NCBI GenBank assembly: GCA_035260545.1 | Contig: DATFUZ010000066.1 | Location: forward strand, 1 to 35,772 | Direction: 5' to 3' | Length of the DNA stretch: 35,772 bases | From: Gallionellaceae bacterium | GTDB taxonomy: Bacteria > Pseudomonadota > Gammaproteobacteria > Burkholderiales > Gallionellaceae | Shown: in pieces, positions 8,120 through 16,221 of the stretch | Layout: each line of letters starts with the position of its first letter | Numbering within the stretch: position 1 is the first letter of the stretch | Position numbers and translations under genes: made by a program | The notes under the pieces: generated by a model | The model's input: the letters and a program-made list of their open reading frames with translations, nothing else | The model's database searches: none | What the model was told of the DNA's origin: nothing

Positions 8120-9148
8120 ATGGATGACATGAACATGCTGAATCTGGACGGATCGCAAGGCGAAGGCGGCGGGCAAATCCTGCGCAGCGCGCTGACGCTT
8201 TCCACGATCACCGGCACGCCGTTCCGCATCGAGCGCATTCGTGGGGGACGCGCCAAGCCTGGCTTGCTGCGCCAGCACCTGACGGCGGTCACGGCCGCCG
8301 CGGCAGTCAGCGGCGCGCAGGTGTCCGGGAACGCGCCGGGGTCGCAGACCCTGGAATTCGTTCCCGGCGCCATCCGCGGCGGCGACTACCGTTTCGACAT
8401 CGGCACGGCGGGGAGCTGCACGCTGGTGCTGCAGACGGTGCTGCCCGCGCTGTGGTTCGCCGACGGCCCGAGCACGATCACTGTCAGCGGCGGCACACAC
8501 AACGGCGCCGCGCCGCCCGCGGATTTCCTGATCCGCTCCTGGCTGCCGCTGATGCGGCGCATGGGGGTGGAGATGGACATCGAACTGGAGCGCCACGGGT
8601 TCTACCCGGCGGGCGGCGGGCGGGTGCGCGCATCGGTCACGCCTTGCGGGAGCTTGCTGCCCCTGCATCTCGAGGCGCGTGGAGAGCATATCGCCACCCG
8701 CGCCGTCGCGGTCGTCGCAGGTCTGCCGGCCGAGATTGCGGGCCGCGAACTGGATCATCTCGCGGCGACATTCAGCGAGGCGGAATGCGAAACACGGGTG
8801 CTGAGTTCGCGCGAAGGCCCGGGCAACGTGGTGATGGTCGAAATCAGCCACGCCAGCCACACCGAGGTCTTCACCGGTTTCGGCGAAAAGGGGCTGCCTG
8901 CCAAAACCGTGGCCGCACGGACCGCACACGCGGCCGCGAGCTGGCTGGCCAGCGGCGCAGCGGTGGGCGAGCATCTGGCGGACCAGCTGCTGCTGCCGAT
9001 GGCGCTGGCAAAGGGGGGCGCTTTTACGACCGCGCTGCTGTCCTCGCACACGCGGACCAACATCGGCGTGATCGAGAAGTTTCTGCCATTGGAGTTCGAT
9101 GTCGCGCAGGAAGACGGCATCCACCGGGTAAGCCTTACCCGGGAATAG
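8120..9148 (+). CDS. rtcA: RtcA RNA 3'-terminal phosphate cyclase
   Basis: The 342-aa product is collinear with E. coli RtcA. Matching segments are LDGSQGEGGGQILRSALTLS, RAKPGLLRQHLTAV, GGDYRFDIGTAGSCTLVLQTVLPALWFADGPS, RHGFYPAGGG and AVGEHLADQLLLPMALA. Confidence 0.9.
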   Translation: MDDMNMLNLDGSQGEGGGQILRSALTLSTITGTPFRIERIRGGRAKPGLLRQHLTAVTAAAAVSGAQVSGNAPGSQTLEFVPGAIRGGDYRFDIGTAGSCTLVLQTVLPALWFADGPSTITVSGGTHNGAAPPADFLIRSWLPLMRRMGVEMDIELERHGFYPAGGGRVRASVTPCGSLLPLHLEARGEHIATRAVAVVAGLPAEIAGRELDHLAATFSEAECETRVLSSREGPGNVVMVEISHASHTEVFTGFGEKGLPAKTVAARTAHAAASWLASGAAVGEHLADQLLLPMALAKGGAFTTALLSSHTRTNIGVIEKFLPLEFDVAQEDGIHRVSLTRE

Positions 9149-9159
9149 TGGCCGCGCAC

Positions 9160-9187
9160 GTGCAGGGGGGAGTATCATCCCCTGCAC
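9160..9187 (+). terminator. GC-rich stem-loop downstream of rtcA (9-bp stem GTGCAGGGG/CCCCTGCAC). It is a possible terminator with no U-tract.
   Basis: A perfect 9-bp stem with a 10-nt loop lies 12 nt after the rtcA stop. No T-run follows, so a terminator function is uncertain. Confidence 0.3.
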
Positions 9188-9227
9188 GGCACTCACGCCG
9201 CTTATCCCATCATAGCAGAGGTGTCAT

Positions 9228-9746
9228 ATGAACAAACTTCTTGCTACATTGTTGTTGTCCGCCGCCTTCATGCCGTCAGCCTTTGCCACCGGTTTTGCCG
9301 ACGGTGTGGTGGGCAGCAAGTATGCCGTGGTCGATCTCGGCTCCATCAGCTACAACGAGGGCAGCGCCACCGCGCTGAGCATAGGCGGCGGCGTGCAGGT
9401 GCACCCCGCCGTGGCGGTCGAGGTGGATTATCTCATGGGCGGATCCGCCAGCTACGGTCCGATCAACGTCGGGTCCTACAAGCTGTCGGCGCTGCAAGTG
9501 ATGGCCGTCGGCCATTACACGTTCAATGACCAGTTCACCGCCTACGCCAAGGCCGGTCTGGCGATAAACGACCAGTCGCTGACCAATCCGTTCAACGGCT
9601 TCCAGTATTCGATGTCCTCGACCGATGTGGCAATGGCGATCGGCGGCCTGTTCAATGTCTCGCCGGGATTCGCCCTGCGCGCGCAATACATGGACACCGG
9701 CGTGTCGTCCAACGTATTGTCCATCGGGGCGCTGTTCAGCTTCTAA
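9228..9746 (+). CDS. Small outer-membrane beta-barrel protein (OmpW/opacity-porin-like family) with a signal peptide
   Basis: The N-terminus has a signal peptide MNKLLATLLLSAAFMPSAFA. The body shows an alternating hydrophobic beta-strand pattern, is Gly/Ser/Tyr-rich, and ends in the aromatic residue F (…GALFSF). Those are typical outer-membrane protein features. Confidence 0.75.
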   Translation: MNKLLATLLLSAAFMPSAFATGFADGVVGSKYAVVDLGSISYNEGSATALSIGGGVQVHPAVAVEVDYLMGGSASYGPINVGSYKLSALQVMAVGHYTFNDQFTAYAKAGLAINDQSLTNPFNGFQYSMSSTDVAMAIGGLFNVSPGFALRAQYMDTGVSSNVLSIGALFSF

Positions 9747-9827
9747 GCCGCGAGGCGACAGCCGCGACGTTTGTTCGATTGTGTAGCGGGCAAGCCACGG
9801 TATGCGGGTGCGACGGACGACACAGGG

Positions 9828-9833
9828 TATAAT
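9828..9833 (+). promoter_or_regulatory. Candidate -10 box (GGTATAATT context) for the DUF4197-like gene
   Basis: TATAAT lies about 30 nt upstream of the start codon. The same GGTATAAT context recurs upstream of the RNB exoribonuclease gene and aroE. Confidence 0.3.
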
Positions 9834-9863
9834 TTTGCGCACCCTGTCATTGTGGAGTCCGTA

Positions 9864-10547
9864 ATGCGCAAAATTTTTCTGATCTTGCTGTGCGTTGTGT
9901 GCAGCGCCCCCGCTGGCGCCCTCAGCCTGTCGCAGTTGTCCAACAAGGACGCCGTTGACGGCCTGAAAGCCGCCCTGGACAAGGGCACGGTGGCCGCGGT
10001 CGGAAAACTGGGCAAGGTGGACGGCTTCCTGGGCAACCCGCGCGTGCGCATCCCGCTGCCGCAGTCGCTGCAGCGCGCAGACCACGTGCTCAGCCGTTTC
10101 GGCATGGGCAACTATACGCAGGATCTGGAAGTGCGCATGAATCGCGCGGCGGAACTTGCGGTGCCCGAGGCCAAGTCGCTGCTGCTGCAGGCCATCAAGC
10201 AGATGAGCTTCAAGGATGCGAAGGCCATCCTGACCGGCGGCAACACCGCCGCCACCGACTATTTCCGCCGCACCACGTCCCAGCCGCTGGCCGCGAAATT
10301 CCTGCCCATCGTGCAGCGCGCCACCGCCAAGGTGCAGCTCGCGCAAAAGTATGACGAATTCGCGGGCAAGGCCGCGCGCTTCGGGCTGCTGGACAAGAGC
10401 CAGGCCAACCTGGAGCAATACGTCACGCAGAAGGCGCTGGACGGCCTGTTCCTGATGATGGCCGACGAGGAAAAAGCAATCCGCCGCGACCCCGTGGGCC
10501 AGGCCAGCAAGCTCATATCCAAGGTGTTCGGCGCGCTGCGGCAATAG
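9864..10547 (+). CDS. DUF4197-like secreted/periplasmic protein of unknown function
   Basis: The ATG at 9864 has the ribosome-binding site GGAG upstream. The N-terminus MRKIFLILLCVVCSAPAGA reads as a signal peptide. The remainder resembles the DUF4197 family, which is my recollection and not a search result. The ORF track extends upstream to 9771 without support. Confidence 0.7.
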   Translation: MRKIFLILLCVVCSAPAGALSLSQLSNKDAVDGLKAALDKGTVAAVGKLGKVDGFLGNPRVRIPLPQSLQRADHVLSRFGMGNYTQDLEVRMNRAAELAVPEAKSLLLQAIKQMSFKDAKAILTGGNTAATDYFRRTTSQPLAAKFLPIVQRATAKVQLAQKYDEFAGKAARFGLLDKSQANLEQYVTQKALDGLFLMMADEEKAIRRDPVGQASKLISKVFGALRQ

Positions 10548-10790
10548 CGCCCTGTGCTTCCGGCGGCATGCCGTTCAAACGGCAAGGCCGGCGCGAGCCC
10601 AAGCCCAAGCCCCTCTCAAATCGGGCTGATTTCCGGGGGAGCCAGCCAGCCCATATGCCCTGCCAGAAATGGCGGGGCTTTTTTCTGGTGCATGGCCGCT
10701 TTGCGATGTTCCATTCGCTGAGTATCAGGCCGGCAGCGTGCCCGGAACGGACATGATGTTTGCAGATAAGCGGACCTTTTGTAGATTAAT

Positions 10791-10855
10791 GGGTGGAGCG
10801 TAGCGATACCCAACAGCTTATCCCCGAACTTGATGGGTATCGCTGCGCTCCACCC
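10791..10855. repeat. 22-bp inverted repeat (GGGTGGAGCGTAGCGATACCCA ... TGGGTATCGCTGCGCTCCACCC, 1 mismatch) with a 21-nt spacer. It is a large stem-loop at the boundary of the low-GC islet.
   Basis: I read the arms directly at 10791-10812 and 10834-10855. The element lies 25 nt downstream, on the minus strand, of the stop of the 391-aa gene. No U-tract follows on either strand. Confidence 0.5.
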
Positions 10856-10879
10856 ATCCCACGCTCGCTCATCTGCGCT

Positions 10880-12055
10880 TCAGTTTGAGCTAGGCTCAGC
10901 CTTTTTGGCCTTTGCCGCATAAGCCGGATCGAACGATGATATTGGCTTCAGCTTTAAGTCGAATGGCTCGTACTTGCCCTTGAACTGAGGCTCTCCCGGC
11001 AGGCGAGCGATGTCCCTCCAGTAGGTCGGCTCCGCCCTCGCCTCACTTTCCGTGCGAGATCTCCTAATGCATCTAGCAACGACTTGACGACACGTGTCGT
11101 CGAGCAGCAACATGTTCTTGTAGCCGCTCGCACACGCAGAGAGCAGTTGGAGCAGCGCAGTGAGCGCGGCTGTTGCAGCAGGCAAGTCTGGTTGAGACCC
11201 GCGGTGTATAAACTCATTGCGGGCTTTACGAGCAATGTTAAGCCATCGATACGTTTCCGCCTCGATGAACCCTTTCTGAAACATCATTTCGATACGGGCC
11301 GAGGTGGTCCAGACCCGATAGTCCTTGAGAAATGCGCTTCGATTGGGGATAGCATCGACCGACACCTTCGACTCGACTTCGACGCTCCACATTCGACTAA
11401 TTACCTGTTCTATTGAGGTCCAAAGACAAGTTAACGCTTCAGCCAGTGCGCCAGCGACATAGTGCGTTGTGCCAGCCAACGCTATTTCAGGACTAAAGGG
11501 TTCGCACTTATCCAGTATCGCGCGTCCGCGAGCGATGGCCTTTTTTAGGGCCGCAAGGGTGATTGGCGTATTATCGAGCAGTACGATGTTGTCGCTGATG
11601 CTGGCGCTGCGATCTCGGAGGGAAAAATGCAGCGCTGTTTTTCGGCTCGTGCCACCAAACATTCGTATGTAGCCGGTATTAAAGAGCCATCCCCTACAAA
11701 TATCAGAGGGTGCCGCCCCCTCTGTGTATACCCCGCCAAGAAGCATCTCGAGAAATACGCGATTGAAAAGTTTTAGGGCGGCATCCGGCTTTGAGAACTC
11801 CGGCAGCGCAGGCATAGCCAAGCTTCCATCGAAGCCGACCAGCATCATGTACGGCGCCACGTTGCCATCGATAAACCCACTTGCACGATTGAGTTTCAAG
11901 TAGTCGTAGGTCGACCGATTGATGTCCTGCAACGAAGGCTTCCAACTGTCGCGCCCGTCTTTCGCAATGAGCTTTAGTGGTCCACTTACGGCCATTACAA
12001 GAGGCACTCCATCGGGCATGGTCGGTTCGGTCATCGTTTGCATTGTCCTATTCAC
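10880..12055 (-). CDS. Hypothetical protein (391 aa) with a HEPN-like R-N-x3-H motif (…ARKARNEFIHRG…). It is a candidate Abi/HEPN-type RNase. The start codon is uncertain. It is a GTG at 12055, with in-frame ATGs at 12043 and 12034.
   Basis: The gene lies in a low-GC islet. I recognised no named family for the N-terminal half. The RNEFIH motif at residues 279-284 (nt 11204-11221) matches the HEPN Rx4-6H signature. The protein has no transmembrane segments. Confidence 0.55.
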   Translation of the reverse strand: MNRTMQTMTEPTMPDGVPLVMAVSGPLKLIAKDGRDSWKPSLQDINRSTYDYLKLNRASGFIDGNVAPYMMLVGFDGSLAMPALPEFSKPDAALKLFNRVFLEMLLGGVYTEGAAPSDICRGWLFNTGYIRMFGGTSRKTALHFSLRDRSASISDNIVLLDNTPITLAALKKAIARGRAILDKCEPFSPEIALAGTTHYVAGALAEALTCLWTSIEQVISRMWSVEVESKVSVDAIPNRSAFLKDYRVWTTSARIEMMFQKGFIEAETYRWLNIARKARNEFIHRGSQPDLPAATAALTALLQLLSACASGYKNMLLLDDTCRQVVARCIRRSRTESEARAEPTYWRDIARLPGEPQFKGKYEPFDLKLKPISSFDPAYAAKAKKAEPSSN

Positions 12056-12155
12056 TGTACGCTTTGGCTATCCTGATAACGCCGATCAGACGGATTTCAA
12101 TCCTGTTCCTCGAAACTACTGAGGCTTAACAGAGCTCGCGGGGCGCAATAAGCGT

Positions 12156-12243
12156 GCGTAGCCCGGATGCAGCGGAGCGGAATCCGGGTTGAGTCCGCAG
12201 GTTAACCCATCCCGGATTCAATTGCATTGCATCCGGGCTACGC
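12156..12243. repeat. Nested inverted-repeat element. An outer 16-bp perfect inverted repeat GCGTAGCCCGGATGCA/TGCATCCGGGCTACGC encloses an inner 9-bp inverted repeat GAATCCGGG/CCCGGATTC.
   Basis: The outer arms are at 12156-12171 and 12228-12243. The inner arms are at about 12180-12188 and 12211-12219. The element lies immediately 3', on the minus strand, of the 180-aa gene's stop at 12248. It is upstream of the 391-aa gene's promoter region. Confidence 0.5.
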
Positions 12244-12247
12244 TTGC

Positions 12248-12790
12248 TCAAAGGAGGGTTTTGCGTTTTCCCCGTTCCGGGTCGGTAAGCCAGAAAATAA
12301 GCACGGCCGCCAGCAAGGCCATGAGGGCGGCGGATTGCCCCCAAGCTACGCTCCCAAAATAGCGAAGGTATATGCCGGCAATAGCCAATACCACACCGAG
12401 CGCGCCGGCCGCCACGCGCAGCGCGGATGGCCACTGGCGTACCTGCGCCGGTAGCCGGGACGCAGGCCGCGGCTGGTCTATCTGCTCGCCGCTCTCGCAC
12501 GTCTCGCCGTCGTCTCCCTGCACCTTTGCTGCGAATTCGCGCGCCATGACCACCATCTTGTCGACGATCGCCTTGTCCGGGTTCTTGGTATAAATTTGCC
12601 CGTTTTTCCAGTCGAACCATGGCTCCGCATATTCGCACTTGCCGTGCCACATCGTGAAATATGGTCCTTGGTCCGGCAACAACTGTAGTTCTGAATCGCG
12701 TTCGACGTAGGCCAGCCATTCGGCGGCGGTGATCTCATTACCTTCGTCAATCCAGTGGTCGCGTCGAGTTATATGAAAATCGTAGCCCAC
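12248..12790 (-). CDS. Hypothetical membrane protein (180 aa). It has a ~110-aa N-terminal soluble domain and two C-terminal transmembrane helices.
   Basis: The GTG start at 12790 is preceded by the ribosome-binding site AGGAA with 5-nt spacing. The hydrophobic helices are ALRVAAGALGVVLAIAGIYL and SAALMALLAAVLIFWL. The gene is low-GC. I recognised no family. Confidence 0.55.
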   Translation of the reverse strand: MGYDFHITRRDHWIDEGNEITAAEWLAYVERDSELQLLPDQGPYFTMWHGKCEYAEPWFDWKNGQIYTKNPDKAIVDKMVVMAREFAAKVQGDDGETCESGEQIDQPRPASRLPAQVRQWPSALRVAAGALGVVLAIAGIYLRYFGSVAWGQSAALMALLAAVLIFWLTDPERGKRKTLL

Positions 12791-13345
12791 GTCTGTTCCT
12801 ATCGATTGAAATCGGTCTTCAAGGGCGATTCAAAGTCCGGCGCCCTTATAAAAGAAACAGCACGGCGGACGTCGGTTTATGGGACAACTCCGTCCTTCTG
12901 GATCGTCCGCTTGCGAGCAGTCTACTTGAGGGGGCAATCGGCTGCAATCGTGGAGCATTGGGGATCAGGCAGCGTTTTATTGAAGACCGTTGCGGGGTAT
13001 GGAATGCCAGGCGGCTTGCCGGGTGCTGCCGGCGAAATCGCTTTCGCGATGTGGATGTGCGCTTTCCCGACCGGCAAGGCACTTTCGGTAGCTTGCCCCT
13101 TCACAACACGATTTGAGAGGGGCTGGGCGCGAGCCGGCCTTGTTTTGATCCGGCCGGGCAGGCCTGCATTATCCTCCGGTGGCGCCGCCTGTCGCCCGGG
13201 CGCCGGCGCGCAAATGGTGCGATGGCGAACGTCGGGCATTCCGCCGCGATCGCATTGCAAACCCACTGTTTCGCCCCCATCTCCGGGCTATCTGCCCCCT
13301 TCCGCGGGGCGGAACTCGTGCTGCCTGCGGGCGCCCAAGCCGGGG

Positions 13346-13351
13346 TATAAT
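13346..13351 (+). promoter_or_regulatory. Candidate -10 box (GGTATAATT context) for the RNB exoribonuclease gene
   Basis: TATAAT lies 30 nt upstream of the start at 13381. Confidence 0.3.
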
Positions 13352-13380
13352 TCCGTATGGATTTCGGCGCAGTTTGGTAA

Positions 13381-15231
13381 ATGAATGTATTTTATGAAGA
13401 GGACGGGGGCTTCAAGGTCGGCACCGTCTTGACGGACAACACGACCTCGATGCACGTGGAAAGCCTGCACGGCAAGCGCAGCAAGATCAAGGCAGCCAAT
13501 GTGCTGTTGCGATTTACCCAGCCCGGCCTGAGCGAGTTCCTGGCTCAGGCGGAGGACGTTGCCGGCGGGATGGATGTGGAGTTTCTCTGGGAGTGCAGCC
13601 CGCCGGAGGAATTCGCCTTCGAAACGCTGGCGGCGGAGTATTTCGGCCACCCCCCCAGCCCGGCGGAGGCCGCGGGCGCGCTGATCCGACTGCATTCGGC
13701 CCCGATGTACTTCTACAAGAAGGGCAAGGGCCATTACAAGGCGGCGCCGCCGGATGCGCTCAAGGCAGCCCTGGCCGGTGCGGAGAGGAAGCGCTTGCTC
13801 GCGGAGCAGCAGGCGCAATTCACGGCGCAACTGTCGGACTTCACCCTGCCCGCGGAATTCGAGGGCAAGATACCGGAGCTGCTGTACAAGCCCGACCGCA
13901 ATACGATTGAAGTGAAGGCGCTTGAGGCGGCGTGCGCCGCGACCCATCTTTCGGCGGCGCACCTGCTGGAGCGCTGCGGGGCGATCCCGTCCAGCCACGA
14001 CTATCATTTGCAGCGCTTCCTGTTCGAGCATTTCCCGCGGGGCACGGGTTTTCCGCAGGTGAGCGTGGACATGCACCCGGAGCTGCCGCTGGCCGAGGCG
14101 CGCGCCTTCAGCATAGACGACGCGGCAACGACGGAAATCGACGATGCCTTCTCGGTGGTGCCGCTTCCCGGCGGCAACTGGCGCGTGGGCGTGCACATTG
14201 CGGCGCCCGCCTTGACCATCGCGCCCGGCTCGCCCGTGGACGAGATCGCGGGGCAACGGCTGTCCACCGTCTATATGCCGGGCAGCAAGATCACGATGCT
14301 GCCGGACAACGTGGTGCAGGCCTTCACCCTGAACGAGGATACGACCTGCCCGGCCGTGTCCATGTACCTGGAAGTGGATGCGGACACGCTGGAGATCAGG
14401 GGCACAGAAAGCCGCATCGAGCGCATCCACATCGCGAACAATCTGCGCCACGACACGCTGGAGCCGCTGTTCAACGAGGCGACACTCGCTGCGGGCAAAC
14501 GTGACTATCCCTACGCCGCCGAACTCGCGCTGCTGTGGAATCTCGCCGGCAAGCTGGAAGCGTTGCGCGGGAAATCCGCCGATAGCAACGCGCAGCAAAT
14601 GGATTATAATTTCCATGTTGAAGACGACCGCATCGCCATCAGCGAACGCAGGCGCGGCTCGCCGATAGACAAGGTGGTGAGCGAGCTGATGATCTTCGTC
14701 AACAGCGCGTGGGGCAAGCTGCTGGCCGAGCACAATGCAGCCGGGATTTACCGCACCCAGAACGGCGGCAAGGTCAAGATGAGCACGGTGCCCGGACCGC
14801 ATCAGGGGCTGGGCGTGGCGCAATATCTGTGGTCGAGTTCGCCGCTGCGGCGCTACGTGGATCTCATCAACCAGCGCCAGATCGCGGCCGTGCTGCGCGG
14901 GGAAACGCCGCCCTATGCGCCGAATGATCCGGCGATCTTCGCCGCGATGCGCGATTTCGACGCCGCTTATGCGGTCTACAACGAGTTCCAGCGCGGCATG
15001 GAGCGCTACTGGTGCCTGCGCTGGCTGCTGCAGGAGAACGTGAAGGAGGCCGAGGCCGTGGTGCAGCGCGAAAACCTGGTGAAGCTGGCGCGCATTCCGT
15101 TTTACGCACGCATTCCGTCCCTGCCGGAATCGCCGCCCAATACCCGCGTCATGCTGGAGATCGGCGACATCGACCTGCTGGACATGGAATTCAAGGCGCG
15201 ATACATCAATACCGTGGAGGCAACTGCTTGA
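13381..15231 (+). CDS. RNB-domain 3'-5' exoribonuclease (RNase II/R family)
   Basis: The RNB catalytic motif FSIDDAATTEIDDAFSV is present. The C-terminal signature YLWSSSPLRRYVDLINQRQ matches the RNase II/R SPIRRY region. The product is 616 aa. Confidence 0.85.
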   Translation: MNVFYEEDGGFKVGTVLTDNTTSMHVESLHGKRSKIKAANVLLRFTQPGLSEFLAQAEDVAGGMDVEFLWECSPPEEFAFETLAAEYFGHPPSPAEAAGALIRLHSAPMYFYKKGKGHYKAAPPDALKAALAGAERKRLLAEQQAQFTAQLSDFTLPAEFEGKIPELLYKPDRNTIEVKALEAACAATHLSAAHLLERCGAIPSSHDYHLQRFLFEHFPRGTGFPQVSVDMHPELPLAEARAFSIDDAATTEIDDAFSVVPLPGGNWRVGVHIAAPALTIAPGSPVDEIAGQRLSTVYMPGSKITMLPDNVVQAFTLNEDTTCPAVSMYLEVDADTLEIRGTESRIERIHIANNLRHDTLEPLFNEATLAAGKRDYPYAAELALLWNLAGKLEALRGKSADSNAQQMDYNFHVEDDRIAISERRRGSPIDKVVSELMIFVNSAWGKLLAEHNAAGIYRTQNGGKVKMSTVPGPHQGLGVAQYLWSSSPLRRYVDLINQRQIAAVLRGETPPYAPNDPAIFAAMRDFDAAYAVYNEFQRGMERYWCLRWLLQENVKEAEAVVQRENLVKLARIPFYARIPSLPESPPNTRVMLEIGDIDLLDMEFKARYINTVEATA

Positions 15232-16094
15232 AGTTGGTTTGGCCCAAGTCGTTCCTGCCCAAACATCACCTGGCGCTGGCCTTGGCGATTTCGCTCGGCG
15301 TGCACGCGTTCGCCCTGTATGGCATTGCCTTGGCGCCGCCTGACCCGATCAAGTTCACCCAGGCACTGAAGCCGCTTCAGGTTGCGCTGGTGAACAGCCG
15401 CACCGAGTCCCGCCCCGAACACGCCGACGCGCTGGCGCAGTACAACCTGAACGGCGGCGGCAACACCAGTGACGATCGCGTGGCCAAGAGCCCGATGCCG
15501 ACGCTGGAAGACGGCAAGCAGTTCACGCCCGAGCAATCGGCCATGCGCGTGCGCATGCTGGAACAGGAGGTGAAACGCATGATCACGCGGATGCGCAGCA
15601 CGCATACCGTGGCCATGGACAAGAACATCCGCAATCAGGCGGCAGGGCAGCAGGACAACGACCTGGTGCAGCGCAGCCTGGAGATTGCCCGCCTGGAAGC
15701 GCAGATCAATAAGCAATACGACGCCTACCAGAAGCTGCCGCGCCGCCGCTTCATCGGGGCGCGCACCCAGGAATACCGCTTCGCGCAATACGTGGAGGAC
15801 TGGCGCATCAAGGTGGAGCGCATCGGCAACCTCAACTATCCGGCGGCCGCGCGCCAGCAGCATCTGGTCGGCAACCTGCTGCTGACCGTGTCCATCCGCG
15901 CCGACGGCAGCCTCGAAAACGTCGAAATCAACCGCTCTTCCGGCAAGAGCCTGCTCGATGCCGCCGCCATCCGCATCGTCAGGCTGGCCGCGCCGTTCTC
16001 CCCGCTGCCGCCGAACATCCGCCGCGACACCGACATACTCAGCATCACCCGCACCTGGACCTTCACCGAAAACGACAAGCTGGAGAGCGAATAA
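15228..16094 (+). CDS. TonB-family C-terminal-domain protein. It has an N-terminal transmembrane anchor, a Q/R-rich coiled linker and a TonB_C-like domain.
   Basis: A TTG start at 15228 overlaps the RNB gene's stop (cTTGAa). A GGAGG ribosome-binding site lies 8 nt upstream, which suggests translational coupling. The product begins MKLVWPKSFLPKHHLALALAISLGVHAFALY. The C-terminus has the TonB_C-like segment GNLLLTVSIRADGSLENVEINRSSGKSLLDAAAIRIVRLAAPFSPLP. The ORF-track start at 15012 lies inside the upstream gene. Confidence 0.7.
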   Translation: MKLVWPKSFLPKHHLALALAISLGVHAFALYGIALAPPDPIKFTQALKPLQVALVNSRTESRPEHADALAQYNLNGGGNTSDDRVAKSPMPTLEDGKQFTPEQSAMRVRMLEQEVKRMITRMRSTHTVAMDKNIRNQAAGQQDNDLVQRSLEIARLEAQINKQYDAYQKLPRRRFIGARTQEYRFAQYVEDWRIKVERIGNLNYPAAARQQHLVGNLLLTVSIRADGSLENVEINRSSGKSLLDAAAIRIVRLAAPFSPLPPNIRRDTDILSITRTWTFTENDKLESE

Positions 16095-16176
16095 GGCCTG
16101 TGCCGGCACCGCAGCGCCCTTGCGCAGCGGGTGGAATCTCCCGGGCAGGCGGCTCGCGACGGCATGCGGCCCACGG

Positions 16177-16182
16177 TATAAT
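16177..16182 (+). promoter_or_regulatory. Candidate -10 box (CGGTATAATT) for aroE
   Basis: TATAAT lies 40 nt upstream of the aroE start. Confidence 0.3.
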
Positions 16183-16221
16183 TTCACCCTCTGTATCTCC
16201 TGAAGCGCAGCGCCCCCAACC

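Noticed and set aside
10791-10855. Calling the 22-bp inverted repeat a rho-independent terminator or the terminal inverted repeats of an insertion sequence
   Set aside because: No T/U-run follows the stem on either strand. The two arms are adjacent, forming one hairpin, and do not flank an element. No transposase is present. I kept it as a structured repeat only.
12755-13384. A 209-aa plus-strand ORF in the 590-nt gap between the islet and the RNB exoribonuclease gene
   Set aside because: It overlaps the start and promoter region of the 180-aa gene. It has no ribosome-binding site, and its composition is low-complexity Gly/Ala/Pro/Arg-rich. The region is more probably a promoter or 5' leader. 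I found no recognisable tmRNA, RNase P RNA or 6S RNA signature there.
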